From: the human T2T-CHM13v2.0 reference genome, Homo sapiens
Length of the DNA: 64,000 nucleotides
Strand: one strand, 5' to 3'
Assembly (NCBI RefSeq): GCF_009914755.1
Contig: NC_060936.1
Of the stretch, positions 42,141 through 61,984 are shown in pieces. The notes beneath the pieces were generated by a model. The model ran no database searches. It saw nothing but the letters and a program-made list of their open reading frames with translations, and was not told where the DNA came from. How positions within the stretch are numbered: position 1 is the stretch's first letter; the number at the start of each line of letters is the position of its first letter. The translations under genes were made by a program, and so were the position numbers.

Positions 42141-45100
42141 AATGAGTGGGAACTGAGGAAGTCTAAATAAAATTCTAAACAGCAAGTATAAACCTTTGTT
42201 TTTTCAATGAAGAGGAATCACTAGAGTGGACACAGGAGGATGGTGGAAATTGAAGACAGGTAAGAATAGAACACATTTATTGACGGAGAGGAGGGAGCTA
42301 GCAGAAAGTATGGTTAACAGAGAGAGAAAATAAGTGAAGACCCCAGTCCTTAAGGAAGGACTGTGAGGATGGGGCAAGAGGAGGGAAGGAAAAGCGTCAC
42401 CTCTTCCACTGAGGGCTAGAAAGGAGGTGGAGACAAGTGCATAGGCATTTGCATGTCTGAGCAGGGCTTTGAAGAGGGTAAATGTCTAAAAGCCTCTAGC
42501 ATCTCAGAAAAGTTGAAGATGAGGTTATATGCTACACTGGAGAGGAGTAGAGACAAGACTGGAAAATTTGAGTGCATGGCTTCAGGTCTGAAATAAACAT
42601 TGGAAGGCGACAGAGAGGAATTTGAACCAGTCTGTGTAGAAGGATGTGAGCACTGGGATTTCAAAGACGAGGTTTGTAGAGGCCCCAGTCTGCATCTTTA
42701 TATGATTTCCTCCAGCATTTTTGTAACATTACATTGCATTTTGTAACATTGCTGAGCCCCTCTTTGAGTAATTGGCAGAAAAGGCTGAGTCCTCATAGAA
42801 TTGTGTGCTATTTCTAAAACATATCCATGGTTTAAAAAGCTTTAAGATCTATAAACTAAAATCCACCCATTTTGCAGGATGATTCACAGTGTCGACAGTT
42901 TGGAGCAATTTCCTGAAGAAAGGACAAAACTGGAAGCTATTCTTTATGTAAGTGAAATCTAGATTATCATTTTTCTTTGGGCTGAAACAACCATCCTTCA
43001 TCTTCTACATTAAAATGCAGCTGAATTTGTAATTAGATCCCTGTCCAAAACTTGTATTCCCTTATTAAGAGAATTAATTGAGTTATCTCAGAAGAGAATA
43101 TTGATTACATTGAGATTTGACTAATAAAAACTTCTCTCCAGAACTTATCTAAAGTGAGGTCTGGAACTAGGTCACCGTCACTCATGAGAAAGCCCTCAGA
43201 AACCAAGATAAGACAGAGAAGAAAGGGAATTCAGCACAAGGGTCAAGAAGCCAGGGCTGGGGGCATCCTTCAGTGGAGGAGAATAGCATTTGACAGCTGC
43301 CTCTAGAGAAAGTGGAAGATGTGCAGGGCTCGCAATGTTGGGCATGTTAACAGGGGGAGAAATCCGTGAAAAAGCTGTGAAAGGAAGTCTGTGCAACTGA
43401 ATGAAGTGCTAAAACAGATGACTGATTTTAAAATTTAGGGGCTTGAGGGCAGAGTGTGCCTGTGGCTTTTTCTCTTTGTGCTAAGTGGTTTCCTGAGTGG
43501 ACCCTGCCACAACTCACTATCACATCATGTTGAGGCTCTTCCTTTGTTTCTCCTTTCGTGTCAGTTTCCCTCATTTCTTCTGCACTGTAGCCCAAATAAT
43601 AGACATCTCCATGCCTGCTCATTAATCCACAGGGCAAAGAAAAGAAGCATCTTTGAGGTGTTTGCATTTTAATGGGCTGTACACAGACAGGGTTCGCCTG
43701 CTTCTGATCCTGGAGGACTGAAGGAAGAGGAGGCTGGATCATATTTTCCCTTTCTTGTCTAATTTAACAAACCTGCTTGGCTACCAGCAAGAAGTTGACA
43801 GATTGCATACTGTCATCATTTAATCTAAAGACTAAAATTCAATTTTCCTTTCTCAGGATCAAAATTGGGAGCAGGGGGGAATAAAACACCCCAAAGACAC
43901 AAGGTGACCTGTCTCAGTGGGGTGACCTAGTGCACCAGCCAGCTAATGATGCCCGTCTGTCAGCTGGGCCCCGGGTGCCAGAGCCCGAGGGAGAGGAGAC
44001 CAACCCTGACAGATGGTGGCGGCTTTGCTGATTATAGAGCTCAGTTGGACCAAGGCTCTATTTTATTCCCTGCACCAAGGTCCCTTCTGAACATAGGCTG
44101 TTTACTTAAAACATATCCATTCCTGTTTCTGCTCATCATATTCTTAGGATAAAAATGCACATAGGCAGCTGTTGCATTTTTTGGTACTAAATATTCAATT
44201 CTGCTTTGTGTTAAGGAAATTTATAATCCATTTTACCCCATAATTATTCTTTATAAGTGAGAAATCAAATCCGAAGTGGCAACAGAGAGTGGACTCTAGG
44301 AAAAGAAATCCAAATAGGCATTGCCTTTGGTTATGCTATTTCTCTGCATGAGACATTCAGACTTTTATATTATCCCACTAAAAAAGGAAACAGCAACCAA
44401 ATTTAGCAAGCTGGTGTTTTCAAGCACAAAAGAATGTCAGCCCAGGAGCTTGGTTCTTCCTTTGCCTTCTGCTTGAGAAATCTCAGCTCTCCTTCTCAGA
44501 GTAATTAAAAAGTGACTTTAGAATGTTATGCCCCCAAAGTCATTGAACTTCACATCCAGCCACATATAAACATTTAAGACTAGGGGGAACAAAAGCCCAG
44601 TAGTGCATGGACAGAAGGGTCATAAGGAGGAAAAGCAACACTGGAAAAATGATCCCAACCCTCTGCCACCCGAAACCTCAGGGAGGAAAAATGTCATTCC
44701 AGGCGGCAGCTGTGAATTACAACATGCCCAGGAACTTACTCGGGCACCTTCAGGCTGAGTATCATGCTGTTTGGAAAAGTGGCAGGGTGTTATATTTTCA
44801 CACCCACCTGTTGCTTTATGACTTAGTAGGCAAGAAGTTGTGGAGGCTTCCCCAGCTACACAACACTGACTTATTTAGAGCTCCTGCCTGCAGTGGCTAA
44901 CGAAGGTAGGACAATGGGGCAGGTGTCTCAGCAGACACAGATTCTGAACCAAGTTAAGTGGGTGACGTAAGGTATAAGCCATAGCCCCGTTATAAAGGCG
45001 AGGCTCTGTAACCTCATTGGCCAGCTATCTTGGTAGCTTCATATGGCTGCTTCTTTTTGGCATCTAGGAAACAGCCCTTCCATTTTTAAAGACTGCAGAA

Positions 45101-45625
45101 GGAAAGGCTTGAATAGAGGAAGAGGAGGCTATCCTCCAACTTCCTAATCATTATCCAGCACAGGCTTTGGTAGGTTACATATGCTCAACAAAATAGCATG
45201 GTTTAGAGAAGAGAACACTGAACAAAGACTCTAGAAATGAGTATTTTATTCTTAGCTCTGCCACTTTGGAAGAGTTACTTTTTATCTCTGCATTTCCATT
45301 TCTGCAACTGTAAAATAAGGGAATTATCTGCTATGCCCTGGGGTTGGCAAACCTTTTCTGATTCTTTGGTTTAAGAATAATGGGGGCCCCAATGAGCAGA
45401 TCAGTAGTTTATCTTTAAGCACTATTGATTCATTTGAGCATAATGGGTCAGGAATCTGTAATTCTGGTGATCTTTCCATATTGGGAAACACTGAACTACA
45501 TGTCTGCTAAGATGAGATGGTTCTGTATCTCCTGGGAGATCCTTCCTAAAGGAACTGCAGATAAAAGCCAATAGAGTGGAAATTCTTCTTATCTCTCAGC
45601 ATCAATAGTACAACAGCGATCTAGC

Positions 45626-45820
45626 TAGCACTGTTCAATAGAACTTTCTGTGATGGTGGAAATGTCTAACATCTGCACTGTCCAATACTGCAGCCACTTT
45701 CTACACGTGATTATTGGTCACTTAAATTGTAGCTAGTGGGGCTGAGGGACTGAATTTTAAAACTGTTTGTTAATTCATTTAAATGTAAAAGCACATACTT
45801 TCCCATTTTGGACAGCACAG
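45626..45820. mobile_element. MER3 (hAT-Charlie) DNA transposon
   Basis: Inverted termini CTAGCACTGTTCAA / TTGGACAGCACAG; internal GCACTGTCCAATA..GCCAC. Confidence 0.8.
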
Positions 45821-47311
45821 ATGCTACCATGTTTTGCTGCAAGAAGGTAACAAGTGTTCTGCTGTGGTCAAATGAAAAACAGGTCTTTATTTCCATTTTT
45901 ACCTTCCTGGGCAGTATGGGGGAAAGGGCAAGGCTTTGTGACTCAGTTTCCTTTTCTCTCAAATTCAGATGGTAATATCTACTTCACAGTATTGTTCAGA
46001 AGATTTAAACTAGATATGTGAACACCTTTGAGAACCATAATATGACCAAAAGATGCAAGATATTATAAGGGGTTGAAAGTTGATTTTGTCTCAGTACAAA
46101 CACAATGACGTCTGAGAACATACAACTAAATGTGGGTGGAGATTGGTAATGTCAGATGTGAAAGGTCAAAAATAAAGAGGGAAAACTACAAAGTAAATGT
46201 CAAAGGCAGAGTAGATGAAAAGGGAGAGTAATAAAAAAAAGTCAAGACATGTGGCATAAGGTAGTGAGGAAGAGGGTGCAGTGGAGGTATCTGGTGGGAG
46301 GACATTTCAGGGTTGAGAATTGCTCATGATGAGAGGAGCATGGACAGGTGTCAATTTTGAGTGACAGTAAATGGGAAAACCATTAAGTTGAATTAGGACA
46401 CTTAGTTTTCCATTTACCTGACTGCCTTAGAGAAAGGTATCTGGAGGGATTTGGACAGGAGCCAGATAGGCCAGAAGAATTTATGCTGTTCAACAGTAAT
46501 GTGGATGGTTCAGTTTAGAAAGGCAATGACAGCACTGGATTATTTGGGGTGAGTCCATAAGCCTTCTTACATATAAAGGGCTCTGGAAAGGAAGCATATA
46601 CTGTAGCAGAGATGAAGAAAGCCTTGTTTGACAAAGATGTCCTGAGATCCTATCAATCACAGAAAGTAGAACATCACTGTGAAGGCAGTCAGTTGGAAAA
46701 GGGTGATCTTGAACCTGGCTTGGCATAGTGTCCTACTCCTTAGAGTAGAGGGAATGAAAGATGCAATAGGAGACAAAATGAGTTAAAGAACATCCTGGGA
46801 GCTTTCTAGCACTTACAAAAATGGCAACTTGCCATCTACCTCATTGTCCTTTTCCTGTCCTACTACAAACTGAGAAGGATTAATGTTGGAGTCTGCCTGG
46901 GTTCAAATCCAAGCCCTACCATTTAATAGCTGTGGTAGCTTGTAATAGCTTGGGCTGGAAACAAACTCTCTAAGTCACATGTTCTTCATTATGGGGATAT
47001 AATAGCACCTGCTCCAGAGAAGTAAGTAAAATAATTTATGTACAAATTAGCACAGCCCCTAGTCCACAGAAAACACTAAAAAATATGTTTATTAAATATA
47101 ATATCTCAAACTTCCCAACATACCATTAAAATTGAATGTTTAACAGATACGAAACATTACAACTAGAAACACTACTTTCTATAGATCAATAGTTTTGAAA
47201 AATTTAGTCACATCAAACCAAGTATTGCTTTTATTCATTCACTAAATTCATTCATTTCCCTCGATTTTTAAAATTAGGGGACTGTTCCTTTGAATGTTTA
47301 TCGAGGTATAA

Positions 47312-47828
47312 TTTTTAAGTAGATTTAGGGGGTACAAATGCAGTTTTGTTACTTGAATATATTGCATAATGGTGTAGTCTGGGTTTTTAGGATAACCATC
47401 TCCCGAATAGTCTACATTGTGCCCATCAGGTGATTACTCATCCCTCACCCTGCTTCCACCCTCCCACATTTCTTGAGTCTTCACTGTCTATTATCCCAGT
47501 CTCTGTCTATGTATACACATTATTTACCTTCCACTTACAAGTGAGAGCAAATAGTATTTGACTTTGTTTCTGAGTTATTTCACTTAAGATAATGGCCTCC
47601 AGTTCCATTCATGTTGCTGCAAAAGACATGATTTCATTCTTTTTTATGGCTGAGTAGGATTCCATGGTATATGTGTACCACATTTTCTCCATCCAGTCAT
47701 CCACTGATGGGCCTTTATGTTGATTCCATATCTTTGCCATTGTGAATCATGCTGTGATAAGCATACAAGTGCAGGTATCTTTTTGATATAATAATTTCTG
47801 TTCCTTTGGGTAGATACTCAGCAGTGGA
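47312..47828 (-). mobile_element. L1PB/L1MA-type 3' end, 5'-truncated
   Basis: L1 3' UTR antisense; degenerate TSD GTTTATCGAGGTATAATTT/GTTTATTGAAATATAATTT. Confidence 0.85.
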
Positions 47829-47879
47829 GTTTATTGAAATATAATTTATATACCATAAACTTACCCGTTTAAACTGTAT

Positions 47880-49180
<1,301 letters not shown>

Positions 49181-50674
49181 ATTACACAGGTGGTTCCTTG
49201 TATGTACTATGTTAGGAAACAAAGGCTTTGTGTTGGAGGATTTAAAAAAGAACAAGAAAACTTCCTAGAAGCCTAGATTAGCAGAGCTATAAGCTGCACC
49301 CCAAGTGTGTCCTATAGGCTCCTATATAACAGAAGAGCTGCAAAACCTCACACCTATGTGCTGAAAAACAGACTAGCCAATGAGTAAAGCAGAAAATACA
49401 CGTGGAAAAAATTAGATTGTCCTATCTCTTTAATATGAAAGTTGGGGAGGGTTGTGTTAGAGTTCTAATGACCTGATTAATTGCTGAGGAAATAAACCTA
49501 GGTATCAGGTAGCTTGAAGGTAAGAATGGAGAAAGATCTGTTTATAAACAAATATCTCCATTTGTATTACTGCAAGAAAACAATCTAGTAGATTCACAGA
49601 ATGCAGGCTGCAGGATTATTTTTCATTTATCACTGAGAAGCACTTCTTGAATTTTTATAGCCATCTTGTTACAGGATCCTAAGCAGGCTGGTATAACTGG
49701 CTGTGTTTTGAGAAGGATTAGGTATATTTCCATATTTGTTCATTTCTCAATTTAGTAGTTAAGTCTTCAAGACATTTATATTTCAGAGTATAATTTCAGT
49801 GGTTTTCAAGTTCTAGGAGTTTCTTTTTCTGGAGTGTTGGAGCTATAATTTTCTTGTCCCTTATCCATTTGAAGCTTCCATGAACCTAAACTGGAAGATC
49901 TGAGAAATACCTCCACTGAGAGACTGAGGTGAAATACACAATAGGATCTCAGAAATTCTTAACCATGTTTCTTATCATCGTGTGATGCAAGCCGTATTAA
50001 ACAAGTAAGGGAACTCTACAGGATGCAGAATTACTTAACTGCATCTCATGGAAGAGTAGGGCGGGGTTAAGCTCCTGCCTTTTCATAATCATATAACTGA
50101 GGAAGTAACCATTGAGACTTCTACTTTATAAGTTAACCTAAAGACATTGTTCCAATCAATCAAGTATGTCCTGACCATATGCATTGGGTAAAGCATTAGT
50201 TGACATTGTTAAGAACGAAAGATAATTTGTTGTATAACCACTCTGCACACTCCTATGATCATAGAAGCTGGTGTTCAAACCAGCTTTAGAATAACATATG
50301 TATGACATTTATATGTCCTACTAAAATAGGATAGTGGATTGTAAATGATTATGCAGAGCAATCTATGGTTTTTACAGGAATAAAATAATTAGCCTTTCCT
50401 TTTTCCTTCTTAGCCAGTATATTTATCTGTCCAAAATATTTAACAAAGTAATAAAAATGTTCCATAACTCATTTCATTCATTAGACCTCAATATCTTGAT
50501 CTTTAATTTCCAGAGAGTCTTCTGAGATAGATAAGATCCACTCTTCTCATTACTCTGCCTAGGAAATGTAATAGCATTATAGCATATTTGTGTAATACTT
50601 GAAGCACAAAGTAATTTTCTGCCATGTAGCCTGAAATTCCTGATCATTGTGCTCGGAGGAAAACACTGTAGTCA

Positions 50675-50880
50675 ATATATATACATATATGTATAACATT
50701 TATATATATAACATTCGCCCTCACTTTATACATATATGAATAGATATGCAATATATATAAACACACATAATCAGTAGAGTTTTGTATAGATGTGTGTGTA
50801 TATATCTACATAAATATAATCAGAATTTTGTGTAGATATATATATACACATAGACATACATAATCAGTAGAGTTTTGTGT
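50675..50880. repeat. TA/CA-rich low-complexity tract with a locally repeated CACATAATCAGTAGAGTTTTGT unit
   Basis: Unit seen at ~50764 and ~50857, with a partial copy at ~50816. Confidence 0.75.
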
Positions 50881-51248
50881 GGAATAATTTCTTTAAATTG
50901 ATTTATATAAATAGGACAGTTTTATAACTTGCATTTCACTCAACAATAGGACTGAGTTTTTTTATGTGATTACATATGAATGCTCTTCATCCTTTTATTT
51001 ATTGCATAGCATTCCATATTTAGATGTGCCATAATTTGTTTCACAATTCTAGCCATAATGAACATTGTTTGATATTTTGTGATGAAAATGATCATTAAAT
51101 GGATCTCTTTGTACAAGCTTCTCTATGCAAATGCACAAATACTTCTCGGGATAAATGTGTATAACTCATGTAAACACGTGTACATGCACACACACAGGTC
51201 TTTAATCCATCAAGAATTTGTGTGTGTGTGTGTGAGTGGATAATCCAT

Positions 51249-51728
51249 GAAGTGTCTGTTCATGTCCTTCGCCCACTTTTTGATGGGGTCGTTTGTATTT
51301 TTCTTGTAACCAACCCAAATGTCCAACAATGATAGACTGGATTAAGAAAATGTGGCACATATACACCATGGAATACTATGCAGCCATAAAAAATGATGAG
51401 TTCATGTCCTTTGTAGGGACGTGGATGAAATTGGAAATCATCATTCTCAGTAAACTATCGCAAGAACAAAAAACCAAACACCGCATATTCTCACTCATAG
51501 GTGGGAATTGAACAATGAGATCACATGGACACAGGAAGGGGAACATCACACTCTGGGGACTGTTGTGGGGTGGGGGGAGGGATAGCATTGGGAGATATAC
51601 CTAATGCTAGATGACAAGTTAGTGGGTGCAGCACACCAGCATGGCACATGTATACATATGTAACTAACCTGCACAATGTGCACATGTACCCTAAAACTTA
51701 AAGTATAATAATAAAAGAAAAAAAAAAC
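51249..51728 (+). mobile_element. Short 5'-inverted (twin-primed) L1PA2/3
   Basis: 51249-51309 is antisense ORF2 3' region; 51308-51728 is the sense 3' end plus poly(A); AA microhomology at the junction. Confidence 0.9.
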
Positions 51729-51984
51729 TTAAAAAAAAAATGCATTTTCGAGGGAGGAGCCAAGATGGCCGAATAGGAACAGCTCCAGTCTACAGCTCCC
51801 AGCGTGAGCAACGCAGAAGACGGGTGATTTCTGCATTTCCATCTGAGGTACCAGGTTCATCTCACTAGGGAGTGCCAGACTGTGGGCACAGGTCAGTGGG
51901 TGCGCGCACCCTGCGCGAGCCGAAGCAGGGCGAGGCGTTGCCTCACTTGGGAAGCGCAAGGGGTCAGGGAGTTCCCTTTCCGAG

Positions 51985-52200
51985 TCAAAGAAAGGGGTGA
52001 CGGACACACCTGGAAAATCGGGTCACTCCCACCCAAATATTGCACTTTTCGGACCAGCTTAAAAAACGGCGCACCACGAGATTATATCCCGCACCTGGCT
52101 TGGAGGGTCCTACGCCCACAGAGTCTCGCTGATTGCTAGCACAGCAGTGTGAGATCAAACTGCCAGGCGGCAGTGAGGCTGGGGGAGGGGCGCCCACCAT
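51985..52200 (-). CDS. L1 antisense ORF0, intact 71 aa
   Basis: ATG-initiated MVGAPPPASLPP...RCVRHPFL, matching primate L1 ORF0 in length and sequence; expression not shown. Confidence 0.75.
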   Translation of the reverse strand: MVGAPPPASLPPGSLISHCCASNQRDSVGVGPSKPGAGYNLVVRRFLSWSEKCNIWVGVTRFSRCVRHPFL

Positions 52201-53700
52201 TGCCCAGGCTTGCTGAGGTAAACAAAGCAGCCAGGAAGCTCAAACTGGGTGGAGCCCACCACAGCTCAAGGAGGCCTGCCTGCCTCTGTAGGCTCCACCT
52301 CTGGGGGCAGGGCACAGACAAACAAAAAGACAGCAGTAACCTCTGCAGACTTAAATGTCCCTGTCTGACAGCTTTGAAGAGAGCAGTGGTTCTCCCAGCA
52401 CGCAGCTGGAGATCTGAGAACGGGCAGACTGCCTCCTCAAGTGGATCCCTGACCCCTGACCCCCGAGCAGCCTAATTGGGAGGCACCCCCCAGCAGGGGC
52501 ACACTGACACCTCACACGGCGGGGTATTCCAACAGACCTGCAGCTGAGGGTCCTGTCTGTTAGAAGGAAAACTAACAAAGAGAAAGGACATCCACACCAA
52601 AAACTCATCTGTACATCATCAAAGACCAAAAGTAGATAAAACCACAAAGATGGGGAAAAAACAGAACAGAAAAACTGGAAACTCTAAAATGCAGAGCACC
52701 TCTCCTCCTCCAAAGGAACGCAGTTCCTCACCAGCAATGGAACAAAGCTGGATGGAGAATGACTTTGAGGAGCTGAGAGAAGAAGGCTTCAGATGATCAA
52801 ATTACTCTGAGCTACGGGAGGACATTCAAACCAAAGGCAAAGAAGTTGAAAACTTTGAAAATAATTTAGAAGAATGTATAACCAGAATAACCAATACAGA
52901 GAAGTGCTTAAAGGAGCTGATGGAGCTGAAAACCAAGGCTCGAGAACTACGTGAAGAATGCAGAAGCCTCAGGAGCCGATGCGATCAACTGGAAGAAAGG
53001 GTATCAGCAATGGAAGATGAAATGAATGAAATGAAGGGAGAAGGGAAGTTTAGAGAAAAAAGAATAAAAAGAAATGAGCAAAGCCTCCAAGAAATATGGG
53101 ACTATGTGAAAAGACCAAATCTACGTCTCATTGGTGTACTTGAAAGTGATGGGGAGAATGGAACCAAGTTGGAAAACACTCTGCAGGATATTATCCAGGA
53201 GAACTTCCCCAATCTAGCAAGGCAGGCCAACGTTCAGATTCAGGAAATACAGAGAACGCCACAAAGATACTCCTCGAGAAGAGCAACTCCAAGACACATA
53301 ATTGTCAGATTCACCAAAGTTGAAATGAAGGAAAAAATGTTAAGGGCAGCCAGAGAGAAATCGGGTTACCCTCAAAGGGAAGCCCATCAGACTAACAGCG
53401 GATCTCTCGGCAGAAACCCTACAAGCCAGAAGAGAGTGGGGGCCAATATTCAACATTCTTAAAGAAAAGAATTTTCAACCCAGAATTACATATCCAGCCA
53501 AACTAAGCTTCATAAGTGAAGGAGAAATAAAATACTTCACAGACAAGCAAATACTGAGAGATTTTGTCACCACCAGGCCTGCCCTAAAAGAGCTCCTGAA
53601 GGAAACACTAAACATGGAAAGGAACAACTGGTACCAGCTGCTGCAAAATCATGCCAAAATGTAAAGACCATCGAGACTAGGAAGAAACTGCATCAACTAA

Positions 53701-55304
<1,604 letters not shown>

Positions 55305-55307
55305 TAG

Positions 55308-57051
<1,744 letters not shown>

Positions 57052-57773
57052 TAGATACCATCTCACACCAGTTAGAATGGCAAGCATTAAAAAGTCAGGA
57101 AACAACAGGTGCTGGAGAGGATGTGGAGAAATAGGAACACTTTTACACTGTTGGTGGGACTGTAAACTAGTTCAACCATTGTGGAAGTCAGTGTGGCGAT
57201 TCCTCAGGGATCTCGAACTAGAAATACCATTTGACCCAGCCATCCCATTACTGGGTATATACCCAAAGGACTATAAATCATGCTGCTATAAAGACACATG
57301 CACATGTATGTTTATTGTGGCATTATTCACAATAGCAAAGACTTGGAACCAACCCAAATGTCCAACAATGATAGACTGGATTAAGAAAATGTGGCACATA
57401 TACACCATGGAATACTATGCAGCCATAAAAAATGATGAGTTCATGTCCTTTGTAGGGACATGGATGGAACTGGAAATCATCATTCTCAGTAAACTATCAC
57501 AAGAACAAAAAATCAAACACCGCATATTCTCACTCATAGGTGGGAATTGATCAATGAGATCACATGGACACAGGAAGGGGAATATCACACTCTGGGGACT
57601 GTGGTGAGGTGGGGGGAGGGGGGAGGGATAGCACTGGGAGATATACCTAATGCTAGATGACGAGTTAGTGGGTGCAGCACACCAGCATGGCACATGTATA
57701 CATATGTAACTAACCTGCACATTGTGCACATGTACCCTAAAACTTAAAGTATAATAAAAAAAATGCATTTTCT

Positions 57774-58513
57774 TTTTTAAAATTTATTTTATTCTTAAAT
57801 TTTTAATTGACAAGTAAAAATTGTATATATTTATATTGTACAACTTGATGTTTGGTTATATGTATACATTGTAGAATGGCTAAATCAAACTAATATATGC
57901 ATTACCTCACATACTTATTATTTGTGTGTATGTGTGGTGAGAACACTTAGAATCTACTTTCTTAGTAATTTTCAATTATACAATAATATTGTTATTAATT
58001 GTAGTCATCACCATGAACAATAGATTTTTTTTTGAGAGATCTCTTAAATGTATTCCTCCTAACTGAAATGTTTTGTCCTTTGTCCAACATCTCCCCAAAC
58101 CCCCAGCCCCCAGCCTTTGGAAACCACCATTTTACTCTGTTTCTATGAGTTTTACTTTTTTACACTGCACATATGAGATCATGTGGTATTTGTCTTTCTG
58201 TGCCTGGCTTATTTAACATAATGTCCACCAGTTTCACCCATGTTGTCGCTAATGACAGGATTTTCCCTTTTTAAGGCTGAATAGTATTCTATTGTGTATA
58301 TACCACATTTTCTCAAACAAGAGAGTGAAGAGACAACCTACAGCATGGGTAAATATACTGTATTTGTAAACCATAAATCCGATAAGGGGTTAATATCCAA
58401 AATATATAAAGAACTCAACTCAATAGAAAACAAATAACCCAATTTAAAAATGGGCAAAGGACCTGAATAGACATCTTTCAAAAGAAGACATGCAAATGGA
58501 CAACAGGTATATT
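57774..58513 (-). mobile_element. Old L1MA element with 5' inversion
   Basis: Antisense 3' UTR 57774-58313 joined to a sense ORF2-end segment 58314-58513 (GAGTGAAGAGACAACCTACAG..AATGGGCAAAGGACCTGAATAGACA). Confidence 0.8.
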
Positions 58514-58529
58514 AAAAATATATATTCTA

Positions 58530-59150
58530 ATGATTATCACTGGTGGGTGGAAAAGCTTTTTTTTGTATATTGATTGTGGATGCTGGCTATTTGATGAACT
58601 TCTTAAAGCTGTAATAGAATTTAAGCTAGTTGTCTTAGATTTTCAAGGTAGATGATCGTATCATCTGCCAATTCTTTTTTTCTTTCCATTAATTAAACCT
58701 CATTTCTGTTGCCCTATTTTGTTGGTGAGGGCCATCGGGATAGTGTTGAATATCATGAGAGTTAATATTGCTGTTTTAGATAAAACTGAATCTAATATTT
58801 CCTCATAAGTATGATGGTTTCTAAAGATGTTTGCTATAGCCACTCTATATTAAACCAAGGAATTTTTCTTATATTTCTAGTTCTTAAAAGGCTTTTATTT
58901 TCCTCTCTCCTATAAATGGGTTTTATATTTGTTTGAATTCTCTTTTTTTTTTTTTTTTCAGCTTTCTTGGTATAATTACCTGGTTTTCTTCATTTAATTC
59001 ACTGAATTGCCTTCATAGATTTGCTAATGTTGGAGCATCTTTGCAAGAATTAATGTTGATTTATTTTAAATGTCCTGCTGAATTCAACGTACTGAGTTTT
59101 TTAAAATAGAATTTTTGCACTTATCTTTATGTTTTAAAACAAATGAAATT
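58530..59150 (-). mobile_element. Ancient L1M fragment (probable continuation of 50880-51240)
   Basis: Degenerate antisense ORF2: GTAGATGATCGTATCATCTGC, AGTGTTGAAT, TTTCCTCATAAGTATGATG. Confidence 0.6.
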
Positions 59151-59499
59151 GTTTTCTGCCTCATGGCCTGTAGCCTGGTTAGTTCCTCAGCTAAATTTTT
59201 TTCCCTCTGTTCTTTGAATGCCTCACTCCTTCTATTTAGTTCTCAGATTGAAGGTCAACATTTTTGCTATCACTTCTTGATTTTACTGTTTAATATTTCC
59301 CCCACTGCAGTGTTCCCTTACATATTATTCTGTTTCATTTTCTTCAGGGCACACATCACTGTTTAAGCCATTTTATTTATTTGTTCACTCATTTATTGTC
59401 TGTCTTCTCCAAAAGAATGTAAGTTGCATGAGGGCAGCAAGTGTTCATTTAGTCTACCACGTTGACTTCAGTGTCTCCACATTGAAAACACCACGTACA

Positions 59500-59715
59500 C
59501 TAGATGGCAGAAGTTCAGAGGCATGGGCTTGGGCTTTGGTGGTGAACTGTGTGGCCTTATGCAAGTTATTTAAACTCGCTAAGCTCCAACTCTATAATAT
59601 ATAAAAGGGGAATAATAGTAGTCACATGACACATCTCTGGAGGGATTAAAGGAGACAACATATTTTAACAAATTTCAAGAGCTAGGATAAATTAGCTGAT
59701 CACTAAGTGTTAGTT
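59500..59715 (+). mobile_element. MIR SINE
   Basis: CTGTGTGGCCTTATGCAAGTTATTTAA..TAAAAGGGGAATAATAGTA..GAGGGATTAAAGGAGA. Confidence 0.65.
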
Positions 59716-59820
59716 TTCTTAACTCCCCCTTTTCCCTTAAGATTGTAATAAGATACCAGGAAAAAGGAAATAGCGCCTAGGAAAATGCTGTGTGCAATCA
59801 GGTATATATTCTGGCAGAGA

Positions 59821-61984
<2,164 letters not shown>

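Noticed and set aside
46100-46850. Possible processed pseudogene or CR1/L3 relic
   Set aside because: No recognisable protein motif, poly(A) or TSD; too degenerate to call by eye.
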